This document shows positions 1 to 11,714 of a DNA stretch of 64,000 bases, one piece after another. The position numbers and the translations under genes are program-made. A model generated the notes under the pieces. The model ran no database searches. It saw only the letters and a list, made by a program, of their open reading frames with translations, and was not told where the DNA came from. Numbering within the stretch: position 1 is the stretch's first letter; each line of letters opens with the position of its first letter. Origin of the DNA: Vermamoeba vermiformis (Eukaryota); assembly GCA_045837725.1 (NCBI GenBank), contig JBEWZL010000013.1, positions 186,001 to 250,000 on the forward strand. The letters are read 5' to 3'.

Positions 1-672
1 CAATCAAAGCAGTTATGGTAAGAAGGTTTAGCTAAATCCACTCCAACGCCAAGAAAAATTCTTAATATTCATTGCAAGGCTGGCATTGATGCAGCAGGTA
101 AATCAACGCTAGTATATAAGCTTAAAGCTCAAGTCGAATATTCGCGCCTTGGTCCTCGTGGCCCGTCGATGGAAATAGCCAAATACAAAAACTTTGAACT
201 GGTGGTGTGGGACTCTGATAGTAGTGCTAGAGTAAGTACAATTAAGTCTCTATCCTCGCTAAAAGATACGAAATTTACGCGATCCGTTGGTTAGTATGGC
301 CCACTTAAAAAGTACGCGTCCTCCGAAGCAGTCGGCTTGATATATGTAGTGGATGTAACGGAGAGAGAGAGAATAGATGAGGCTATAATTGAGCTCAGAA
401 ACGAACTTTCATTCATAGAGGACAACGGACGGTCAGATGTGCCGCTCTTGATATTCGCCAACAAGATAGATCTGCCCAACGGACTAACCAAGGCTGAAAT
501 TATTGATAAATTTGGCCTGAGATCGATGATTAATCGTCCCTGGCACGTTCAGCCTTGTTCTGCATTGCAAGGCACAGGCCTGAACGAAGGATTTGAGTGG
601 TTTATGGAACAGATCGCACGGCGGTCTTTCCAAGTAACCGCTGCGTGTGATTTGGATGATAGGACGCTTTAA
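1..672 (+). CDS. Atypical ARF/ARL-family small GTPase, 5'-partial; introns 18-78 and 232-294
   Basis: Spliced translation IKAVM-AGIDAAGKSTLVYKL...FELVVWDSDSSAR-YGPLKKY...GLIYVVD...PLLIFANKIDLP...WHVQPCSALQGTGLNEGFEW. G1, G4 (NKID) and G5 (CSA) are ARF-like; G2 and G3 are degenerate. Confidence 0.85.
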
Positions 673-866
673 ATAGATAATTATTTGATATTTAAATTGT
701 AAATATAATAATATAATATAAAAATCACCGTTTATTTTGGTGAAGCAGGTACCATTTATGCCACAACAGACAAATTGATGATAGGTTGCATGTTGTAGAT
801 AATAATATATTATAATTATCTAATTTTGTGGTGCTGTTCTTTACGCTGCTAACTTTGTGCTTGAAG

Positions 867-1763
867 AAGCACAAATTTTGGTCGAAATTGTTGACACAGG
901 TAATTAAGTTTCAACATTTATTATCACGAACACAATGCAGACACAATTAGTAGGACAAAAATTAATTAACAGCAAGGGCCAGAGTTTCGCAGCTGACGAG
1001 ATCTTGAAAGATAAAATGGTAATTACGGTTTGAAACACGATAAAAGCGCCTTCTTTAATTTTAAAATAATCACAACAAACCATATTAAATATGGAGTAGT
1101 GAAATAAGGCTTTACAGCATTGCCTCATAATTTTAAATTATTTTTTGACAGATCGGACTATATTTCTCTGCCAACTGGTGTCCACCTTGCAAAACGTAAG
1201 CACAAATAATAATACGTTAATAATGTGCTAATTATGCGCGCATTAGATTTACTACAAAGCTCGTAGAATTCGTGAATGAACTTAAAGCTGAAAATAAGCC
1301 ATTTGAAGTTGTCTTTGTGAGCTCAGATCAATCTGAAAAGAAAATGATGGAATATATGGCACCTGTAAGTATTTTTTCAACTTGGCGTTGCGACTTCAGA
1401 TCAAGATCCAGAGATACATCAGCTAAATGCTTTTAATAGACTCCTTTCTATGCTATTCCGTTCGGCAGCTCTTTAATAGAAGAGATTACAGACGAATATG
1501 ATATAATGGGCATTCCAGCTCTCGTAAGAATTGATTTGTAGCGATATATTTTTTGGAGCTGACAACGTTTCCAATGCCAGGTGATTGTTAGGAACGGCAA
1601 ATTAATTACTTGCGAGGGTCGTGAAGGTGAGTACTATTAACCTACAGCTCAATATTCAATATTTGTCCGCGACTAATGCTAGATCTCAGAACTCACCGCG
1701 AAAGGCAAAGCAGTGTACGACGAGTGGCTCAAAGCACCAACAGCAGCCGCGAAACAAATTTGA
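867..1763 (+). CDS. Nucleoredoxin/tryparedoxin-like thioredoxin; multi-exon, start codon not resolved
   Basis: Exons join to GQSFAADEILKDKM-IGLYFSANWCPPCKT-FTTKLVEFVNELKAENKPFEVVFVSSDQSEKKMMEYMAP-TPFYAIPF...YDIMGIPAL-VIVRNGKLIT. WCPPC active site; stop TGA 1761-1763. Not captured by the ORF track. Confidence 0.88.
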
Positions 1764-2713
1764 ACACGTGTAAATATAGCTTGAGTAAATAGATTGATTG
1801 CACTTCCGGCGATGTTGTAAAAACTTCAGAGAAAGGCGGCAAAATCATTCTTGCCAACCACCAAAACTGTCGAACAGATCTCAACAACCGGCGAATGCAC
1901 CTCATAATGCAGTACGAAAGAACTGGTGCTACGCATTGCCATGGAGTCGAAGAGCCTCTTGTACTGTAAGTTCTGCAGATGGTTCGCAACATCCAATCCG
2001 CTCGGAAGTTGCAACTTCGTCGCTGTTAATCAAATCATTAAAGTAATATAGTACATGTACTAACTATTGATCACTCGTAGGATTGCTCTTCTGATTGGAA
2101 CAAGAGGAAGCGAGATCTTGGCGCTACGTTTCGCGCTCAAAACCAAACTTGCTAGTAAGTATTTTAATAATTAAACAAATACAATCATTGGATAAAATTG
2201 AACGTATATATGCGTTCTTTAAAGAGAATCGCGATATTTAAAATTACTGGTGCCTTAATTTTTATTTTTTTTTGTTTCATCGTACCGGATTTCAAGACTT
2301 TGAAATTGTCGTTCAATCTTTTTGCGCAAATCTTTTGAGCCATAGACATTGGTATGCTTCGCGCCAACTTTTAAATTGAATGAGACGCAACAACATCCAA
2401 ATCTGATCGCATGCCGTCGAACTCGACCTTTCGCTCTTAGAGGACTAGATAAATTGTCCTATTTCTCTGCTAACCATTAAGTGATACGCCTTATTATCTG
2501 CAAATAGAGGCATCTTACAGCCATATCGATTTCGCGCTTACCCATCTCGAGTGTTTTGCGGCATGCGCGACGTCGGATTGAGAATTTTCCGTACAAGATC
2601 GTCGAAAAGACAGTACTGCTATGTGCAGCTTGTTTGCTCACACCAGAGGCATTCGACACGTATGTAACTCAGTGCAAAAAAGAGGTATGGTATTCTTGGT
2701 GGTGCGCTCTCAA

Positions 2714-5561
2714 GCTGTGGGCTGAGATCGAAAAACCGAAGAAGTCTCTCACATATAGCCAGGTAAGCTTTTTCGCAGCAAATGTACGAGACCATCTCTT
2801 CGGCGAAATTTCGATAACTTACTAACATTGCGCAGTCAGCAACTACAGTACTTCGACGGCATGAAGAGCTGTTTATATGGACTGTCTGTGGGAAGCAACA
2901 ACTCTCACACATCCGAAGACGTACTAGGGCGGCACGTGACTATAAGCGTTGAGAAGTTCTTTTTTTCTCGGCAGTGCGGTTAGTGGGTCGTTCCATTGCC
3001 TGTCATACTCGGCGAGTTCAAAAAGGCTAAATCGAAAGGCATAATGTCTGATATGTAAGTACAACACCGCCCTACTTACCGACAATTAACACTACACTCG
3101 CAGATGCAAGTTGAGCCGCTCTGGCGATCCACCACATTGGAACAGCTCTACTTGACCACGTCTACATCGTCACCTACATTCATCGATTTTCTTTAGCCCT
3201 GTACATCGTTGGCAGCTAACGTTCGAGAGTGAAGGTCATTTCATTGGAGCTTCATATCGGTCTGTTGAAAAGACTCGGGGAGTTGGTGCAGAACAGGCGT
3301 GCTTCTCAAGTCGATAGCAACAATACCAAAAGAAAGACTACAACTAGCTCATCGCACATCCATCACTTTGGAAGTGACAAGCACAACGAAAGTCCATTGA
3401 AAGGGCCGTTCTACGCAGAAGAATACGCCAAAGAGAACCGCGATCATCAACTAAGAAAAATGAAGGGACTACAAGCGGAAACAAGAACTTCAAGACCACA
3501 ACATTGTGGGTAGTTGAAAACGTAAGTAAGTTGCCCGTAGTACTTGATAAACTTCAATGCATTAGAGTGTTGAGAAACACTCGTATAAACGCAGGTATGC
3601 CCTAATAAGGCAACCTAAATACATACATACCTAAGAAGAGGTACGCTAGTAACCGATTTAGGTGCCTGAAAATGTTCGAACCAACAACTTTGACGGTCAA
3701 ATCGCTGTTCAAAAGATCGGCACACAGCAAGATTGAGTACGAGGCGATCGCAGTTCAAAGGTAACATCAATTATTCCGTGAGTACCAATTTAACTTGCTT
3801 CAGGTCCCTATGTGGCAGAGCGCTTATCAGTTGGCACGAATGATACTGGACGGAGAAAGACTACAAGGATGATTATGATCGCGTTTATGCCGCCAGACTG
3901 AAGGTTAGTTTTTTTTGTTGCATTTGCATCTAGTTCCATTTAATTATGATTTAGCGCACATCTTACTCCCCCATCTTGTTTTTTTAAATTTTTTTTTATC
4001 CGAAGTATTAACTCCTTTCGCCTTAGAACATCCAGCATCAAGCGTATCAACTGCCGAAAGGTACAAAGATCATAGACCAGTGTTTATCGTCGAAGAGAAA
4101 CGGCCGGACCAACTATGAAGTAGTGCGGAGGGAACTGACCTTCTACATAATTTTAATATTGGAACTGTATCGTTCGCTATTCCCACAAGGGACCTTCAGT
4201 CTCTGCGGACTAGGACAAGTCGGCGAACATCATCTGAGAGGTGCTTCATGGTCCTTAGACCGAATTGTGTATCGACAGAAAAAAGTTTCTTTTTTTAAAT
4301 TTTTTGGAAATTTATTTTTTTTTTTGGGTTTTTTTTTTTTTGCGACGTGAAGCTGCGTTGGTTGGGTGTGGGACTCAGCATAAGCAGGATGAGACGAAAA
4401 GGATCTTGGCAGAAAACAGCAAATGAGAACATGCACAAAAAGTAAGTATCGCAATCATTGATTCTTGGCAGTACTATTACCCAATTTCTAATTATGCCAT
4501 AGAGTCTCAGCAAGTACTTTGATGGAATCTTTGTGCGCATGAAACTCCGCTTCCTCGGCACTGTTCTCGACAATGACAGCAGGCACATTAAGACCAGCTG
4601 TCTTGCTTGGCACTGATATCAACAAATCCGGATATAATTGAAGTTGCTCGTATTTAGTACCAGGTGGTTGGCACGGCAGCTGTTTGTCACTGGTTGAAGA
4701 TTTTCCAAACCTCAAATCCGGACAATTGCGGATGCGATTGCTCTCGTTGTCAAGGAAGGAAAAGAGGTCGAAGATATATGGAAGCCGTATTTCATCGACT
4801 CTTATTGTGGCTCCAGAAGTAAGTCCAAGTTAAGCTGAAACGTGGTTTTACGTACCAAGCGTAAATTTGCGATATTTGTCTATCGATTCACCAACACTGT
4901 TAACAATTCATTATTTAACTATTATTGTATTAGCATCACACCAAGCTTAAAGTTAGCGACTGCGATTGATTGATCTCGAGGTAAGCGCAGCGCTGATTGT
5001 TAATAAGACGTAAGTACTAACGGTTAACAGACCGCGCGACCTTTCATCCCAGGAGAGCGAGAGAGTTTTTATTGTGGCACGGACGTCTTTTTATGGCCCC
5101 GAAATGCTGCTACAAGAAACCTGCCAACGAAAAGCCAGATATTTTGTCTGTCAGTTTGGCTATCGCCCGTTTAGTACGTAACTCTAACCCAGCATTGCAC
5201 TAGCTAACACCTAGCAGACGTACAATGCACACTTAATCAACACAACAACGAGAGCTGATGTCATCAACGCGGTACGAGCTCAACAGACCTCAAAACTGGC
5301 AACAAAATCGTTGAGTATGTGGGACTTAATTATCTTTCGTTGTTGCAAAATAACTGAAATTGTTTCAGTCGAACTGTTGGCAAGATGCTGACCGACAACT
5401 CTCGGCAACTCATCATCACTGCGACTGACGCGCTCGCAATTTGACGTCAGATCGAAGCTCGTCTGCTGCCACAACGTCGCGAGCACCGCTGAAGCCAATG
5501 TCAACGTTGCTTACCTGGTTCCGCGAGAGACTTGTTCAGTTTTTCGATCTCAGCCCACAAC
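2714..5561. repeat. Inverted repeat pair, arms 2714-2750 and 5525-5561
   Basis: gctgtgggctgagatcgaaaaaccgaagaagtctctc versus the reverse complement of 5525-5561 (gttgtgggctgagatcgaaaaactgaacaagtctctc): 34/37 identical. Both arms are followed by ccag|gtaagc. Confidence 0.9.
4289..4341. repeat. T-rich low-complexity tract
   Basis: Several T runs of 7-14 nt in about 50 bp. Confidence 0.8.
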
Positions 5562-5640
5562 TCACGAAGCACTGGTCTTGGGATAGCTTTGTCGTTTCGT
5601 AGCCAATGTAATATTATTGTAAATGATGTAAACTTGTACA

Positions 5641-7843
5641 CTATTCCACCTTCAATTGCAAACAATTCAAATACGCCTCATTGTTGATATATTCTTGAGC
5701 GTAGAGTGGCAGCTTGGTGTACGCGCCGTGAAGGACACCAACAAGTATGAGACGTGACTGGTCGTGATAAATGATCACACGGCCGTACGAGTCCGGGAAG
5801 TTGTACGACTGGACTGGTTCTTTGAACACCAGTGGCATTGGGCACCACACGCGCACGATTACTTGAGCTTTCTCGCCTTAAGAATGACAAGTTAATTGAC
5901 GTCCATACCCTGCCAAGTCTACATTAACTATTACAATTGAGTCGTACCTCGTTCAAGACCCACGCTGCCGCGCTTAGTTTTGAGTTCATTCAAATCGAGC
6001 TCGTTGCCGTCTTTATCGAAGATCTTCAGGATTCGCTCCACCGTCATCAGACCTCGCAGCGAGACCGTTGCAAATCCACCGGAGTAACCCTGTAATTATT
6101 GCATGTTAGTCTTCACGACCGATGCGGTTCGAGATCCAGGTTCGAACGTACCTGCTTCACCACTCCATCCCACTTGCGATTGAATTTGCTTTTGTTTGCC
6201 ACGTGCACCAAGGTAGCACTGAACAGGCCTTGATATTGGCGGTACATAAACTCAGTGTTCGGCTTCAGTGCAACAGTGCCTTCAATCAGGTTTTGCAAAT
6301 GATGATAACGCTAGTAGACGCACACTTAGCAAGCACGCTTAATAGTCCAAAACACAGCTACTTACTGGTCGAAATAATAGTGTCGGGAATTGAAGTTTGA
6401 GCCCCACGTGTGAACTGTCACTTGTCAGTATCAATTGTTATATTGAAGTCTAGAGAACGTACTTGGGCAAGGCGTATTGCTTGGACATGGCGAGGTATTG
6501 TATCTCCAACACTTTTGCGTGGCCCACATACGGGTACACGCCCTTGGGCATATAATTTCTGCTGGGTTTGGCACTGCATGGGGGATAAAGCTCCACTGTG
6601 CCACCCACGCGCAGTAGGCCATCTGAAAGACAGATCAGTTTGCACGACAAGTACGGCACTGCAGTCACCTTACCCATCACATAAACAGAGAGCACGACCG
6701 TTGAGTCCTTGGGATCCACGTACACCTGTGACAGCTTGTTGGTACACGGCAATCACGCTCATGTTCAATTTTTTCACGAGTTTGACTGCGGGCACTTGGA
6801 ACTGAACTGCACGCGAATTCAATTCGCTCAGTAATGTGGGACCGTTGTACCACGGCATGTTGAGATTGGCACTCGCAGCAATGCAGTGCTGTGACGTGTC
6901 AGTTGATGTCACGGGCACAAAGGTCAATTGGTCCACGTGCTGGCCCATAATCTTCCGCGCATATTTTTGGACAGTAGCGACAGTATTATTGTACTCTACA
7001 AATGGAAATAAGTTTTCGTGCATTGTTGCAATAGATCCGCGGGTCATTGTTACCTTGTTCGGAGTACTGAATGAGATCCATTTTGTTGACGACTACGATC
7101 CAATTGGTATGTCCAGCGAGGGAGTACAAGGCGAGCAGTGCCTCTTTCAAGTCTTGTTTGTTGCTCGCAGTCACTTGACTGGGCACCACAAATACGACGA
7201 GTTGATTCTGAAAAATTTGGTTGTAAGTCATAAGTAAATTAGTAAAGCATTCTGATATCTTTCGCAACTTCAATAGTTTTCTGATAAACATTTGACGTAC
7301 CACGCCGTAGTAGTGGAACATCATCTTGCGTTGTTTCGGGCGAGTGGATGCGTGCCAAACATTTGCCATGCACGATTTCAGCTGCACGCCGAACACGTTG
7401 ACGGAATTATCGTTAATACGAACTGATCTTATCTCGTCTGAAGATGCAGTCATTCGTAGTGTATTATCGACGCCTAACGCTTCTTTTATGCGGGTCGTCA
7501 AGGTTGTGCATCCTGAAAACAATTTAAATTTTGAATATTCATAAATATTAATAATACTTATGCGCCATACCTGCACCGTTCATGCCAGTCACTAATATAT
7601 TTGATGAATTTGGTGCTGCTCCGCTTACTAGCAGCGCATCTTCAAGCAATCTCGCATAGTCCTTGGAAGCTCTTACAATTTGTATTAATTTTAATATGAT
7701 ATAACCGCATGATTTCAGAAAATAATTTAAATCGTGATCTACCTCGCAATAGTACGCAGCAACTCTTTAGTCGTTAAATAATCAAATATCTTTGCATGTA
7801 CTTCGCTTGGAATATCTTCAAATCGTGTATTACTATGCTCCAT
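5641..7843 (-). CDS. F-box plus degenerate eEF1A/HBS1-like GTPase (domains I-III) fusion, about 11 exons, roughly 540 aa
   Basis: F-box FEDIPSEVHAKIFDYLTTKELLRTIARASKDYARLLED; P-loop-like NILVTGMNGAGCTT; ALLALYSLAGHTNWIVVVNKMDLIQYSEQ; FVPVT...NMPWYNGPTLLSEL; domain II DGLLRVGGTVELYP...ALPNSHVG; domain III GEKAQVIVRVWCPMP...YGRVIIY...LVGVL. Confidence 0.8.
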
Positions 7844-8029
7844 GTTTGATACGATTTTAAAAATACATTTCTTGAACATTACAAATTTCTTAAAATCAAC
7901 GCCGACCTGGATCTCGCTAAAAATTTCCAAAACAAGCAAATAGTTGTTGTGACAAATTATTTATATGAGTTCATTTTATATTACAATAGTATTAGGTTTA
8001 AATAGACAAGGTTCGGATCGCAAGGGGGT

Positions 8030-9537
8030 TTAAATAAATACAAGAGGCTTGGCATCTTGGCGCGCTTTTTCTTCTTCATTCAACACACTACGCACCTTAT
8101 TCAAGTCTTCGCTATACTCCTTCAAAAATTGTTCCAGATCTACGTCCTTCATCGCTTTAAACGTTCCTAATGCCCGCAGCTGTTCTTCTAACTGCACCTC
8201 CTCCTCAGCGCGCTTCCTTCGGTCCTCTTCGAGCGCCAAGTTCTTTTCGAGCTCTTGAATGCGTTCAAATAGCAGTACATTTTGTTCTTTCAGCTTCTTG
8301 TTTTCAACTTTCAGATCTGAGGTCAGGGCCTTAGACGCCGTTAGCATCTGCTCCATCATATGACTCCTAATAATACCATATTTAATTAGAATAAGTACTG
8401 CTCGATAAGGCTTATAATTATTCATTACCTTTCTTCATAAAATTGTTTTTCTTCTGCGAACGCATCTGCACTTGATAATGCGCTCATTCGCAAGCAATCA
8501 TCTTCAAAGGCACTAAACATATCATCTGAATAATACGGTAGTGTTATTAATCATATTCGGAGAAGTAGATCTAGTCGACAATTGAGCACGTACTGACATT
8601 AGCAGTCTCTTGCAATATGAACTGCTTGAAGTCCTGCAGCTGTCGCTTGACTCCCACGATTGGATTGCTCGTTTCTTCGCGCTGATCGAAGCGCAACTTG
8701 AATAATGAAATGTACAACAGCAATCCTCGGGCATCGCGACCTACATCCAGTTAGTAAACACTCGAATCGAACATCTTACGTGAGAGTATCTTATTTTGTA
8801 TGTATAGTTTATCATATTATGAGTATTTATGCTTACCGTTAGCAATGTAATCAGGATCCAAAATATTCGGAATTTTCAAATGTTTCTCGGCAAGTTCAAA
8901 AGCAACGATTAGCGTCTGTTTTTTGTCCTTCTGCAATACAATAGTTATTATAAACGAATATTAAGTGTTTTAATCGAGGCTAATTCCTACCTGATCTTCG
9001 TGCTTCAAAGTTGAAAAGTCAATTATTGAGTTATCATACTTGTGTAATAAAGCCAAGAAAGGCATGCCGTTAGTGAAGCTAATGTAATAAGTGTCAGTAA
9101 GTAAGGCGCCAAATTAAGCGGTATTATGAAATTTCATCGAAGAGATCGACGACCGTTTTTTTTGCATTAAAATTGTGTGAGCATTATAATAATATTAAAA
9201 TTATACTATATATCGATATGGCATTATCCAGTAAAAATGACAATCGTTACCTTTCAAGACTATCGATTTCGACTCGATCTTTATACTCCCGCAGGAACTG
9301 ATCGCACCATTCAATGATTTGATCGCGTAGTCGTACTGCTCTATCATAAGGACCTTTATATATGTCGTTAAATATTTGTTTGATTGAAGTTGGCGTGCGA
9401 GGGCTGCGTTGTTTGTAGACGTCTTGTGAATACGAATTAAGCGAGGAGATCGAGCTGAACGAAGCACTTCTCTCGCGAGGAGATGATATTGGTGATATAA
9501 TAGGCGAGGTGTAAGTCTCGTCGGTATAAAATTCCAT
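8030..9537 (-). CDS. Single calponin-homology domain (cortexillin CH2-like) plus coiled-coil protein
   Basis: IIEWCDQFLREY...SFTNGMPFLALLHKYDNSIIDFSTL...AFELAEKHLKIPNILDPDYIAN...LLLYISLF, followed by a heptad coiled coil (ORF 8030-8425). Confidence 0.8.
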
Positions 9538-9732
9538 TCCTTGAATACCAGTTATTGAATTGGATGTGGAATTGGCCAATAAAAATTAAAATATAATAAA
9601 TATATCAATCAATTTTGCATTGACTTGTTGTTATGTCTATTGTTGTTTTCGATAAATAAGCCGATAAAAAAAGACGAGAATCTTTTTTTTGACACTCGAC
9701 GTCAACACTTGTTATTCCCGATTTGGAATTAC

Positions 9733-11344
9733 TTAAACTTGCTTCTCCCGTTCATGAAACAACCGCTGCCCTCGCTCAAGCCACATACGAGTTACTATAA
9801 AAGGAAATAAGTACGTACCTGTAGTGCGCGCGGTGGTTGGTTTGGTGCGTTGCAGCGGTGCCAACAACAGCTCGTCGAGACTCAATTCATCGACCACCCA
9901 GCGATCAGGAATGGACTTTTGCAGATTTTTCAGTGAAATTCCATTCGCCATACCCGCTTGCAGTGATGCGGCAGTGGTCTCATCGATCGCTGAATAATTC
10001 TCACAGTTAATACAATGCACGAACGACACAAGTCACGTGACTACATACACGACAGCGACATGGAGCCACGTCGGTCATCAATCGTTGTCGCTAATGATCC
10101 GCGACGGCCAGCGCGATCAGTGGCTGGAATTTCAGTAGAACTGCTTGTCATCACTCGTCGACCAGTCAGCGAGGCACGGTGTGTGCGACTCGAGGGCTCG
10201 CTGCACGATAACAAACACGTGATCAGCACCTGCACTAGTGACATTCAAAGGGCTAGTCAAAAGGACTTACAGCTCCATGCTGCCAGGCTCAGCGTAACTG
10301 TGTTCTTCTGAGCGCGGTGTTTTTGTACTAGTGCTCGCTGCACGGATGACAAATGTGAATATTACAACGACACATCATTAGTAATATAGTGCTGTGGACG
10401 TACTCATGATAATTGAAGGACTGCTGTTGCCCTGTGGCACGTTGATGCCGGGCACTAGTTTGCCTGACAACGATGATCTTCGCTTGCGTTCTGAGTCTAT
10501 TTGCGTCTGTGCACATCGATGCATTAATATCAATAATTACGAGTATAGGCGTCATGTTAATATAAGCATTGAACAGTTTGATCGTACCTGATACTGTTGG
10601 CGCCAATTAACTTCACCTGATTTGCGATCGCCCTAAGAATTATTCGTTAGTATACTAATAGGAATAGTAATATGCATAATTTAAGTTAATATAAAACGCG
10701 TAGGACAAATGGAACTTTTTAGGTGACATTTCCGATAACACGGGACAAAAATTATAAATTAGCAAGATCGTATCTGATATTGAATATACGTACTAAGCCC
10801 TCTTGCGACCACCTCTTTTTGTAGACGAGCAGCCAAAAATAATTGCTGTTGACTAACGCCTTCCATCGTTTGCAAACTTGAGCGCATTTGCCCCATTGAG
10901 GCAACGCCATATTTTCGAATATTTTGATCATAACCTGCGAAATATTAAATAGGTCAATATTAGTTTGCTGTATTTCAATGATTTTGAATTGCCGATTAAA
11001 ATTTCGGCAATTACGCGAGTGTTTCGAAATTAGAGCTGAAAATAGCTTGAACTTAAGAAATGTTAATATAAATAATTATTACAATTATAAGGATACCATA
11101 TTACGTTGCTTGATGCAGTTTGTGAATTTATTAAATTTTATCTCGATTGATCCCCGATCTAACTTACCTTCTCAGGAAAGTCGCAAAAAGAAATATTAAG
11201 TGATGGATAATTCATCATTGGCGCTCCTCGTGGTGAGCTTAGTCTTCTATTGCCACTCGTTTCTAGCGAGATCCTTTTTTCAGGACTGGTTGCTTTTCCA
11301 TCCTTCTTTCCGCTTTGATATACGCTCCGTTTATCCGACGACAT
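9733..11344 (-). CDS. F-box protein with S/R-rich low-complexity C-terminus; multi-exon
   Basis: Exons join to FCDFPEK-VMIKIFENMALPQWGKCAQVCKRWKALVNSNYFWLLVYKKRW, then GEVNWRQQYQ. Internal exon boundaries are approximate. Confidence 0.7.
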
Positions 11345-11714
11345 TAAATAATATATTTACAACTCGTATTGTGGTCCATTCGTCGTCTCATATAAATTTG
11401 TGTCCTAAAACCGAACAAATTTGTTACTAGCCGTTGTTCCGCCTCTTGCTTGGATCAGCTACAAGGAAACAGCTCTAGTGATATGAAACATACAGTAACT
11501 GGCAATACTCAACTAGGAGTCAGCGCATCTTTCCGGAGTCGTAGGGAAATTCTCCATCTGGCGGGTAATCTCAATCAGTGGTCAAAAAAGATTGTCAACG
11601 AGCATCTACAAGCAATCACTACGATGCTTAATCTCACAGAAAGTGATTTTAAAGTTTGAAAGGCAATTATCGTTGAATAATTCCTCTCCAATTATTTTTT
11701 TGCTCGAACGAAGG

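Larger units (their letters stand above)
1800..5610 (+). pseudogene. Decayed multi-exon gene or mobile-element relic, family unidentified
   Basis: A run of exon-like blocks bounded by GTAAGT/GTACGT donors and branch/AG acceptors, with in-frame stops (TGA at 3841, 4695, 4971). No long intact ORF; contains an inverted internal duplicate. Confidence 0.5.

Noticed and set aside
3841-4973. Repeated in-frame TGA in the relic as an alternative genetic code or selenocysteine
   Set aside because: TAG and TAA also interrupt neighbouring blocks, and intact genes in the window use TGA as a stop. Decay is simpler.
11085-11098. GTATCCTTA (minus) inside the F-box gene intron as a second U12 donor
   Set aside because: The F-box is fully restored by the ordinary GT-AG intron, and there is no convincing U12 branch site.
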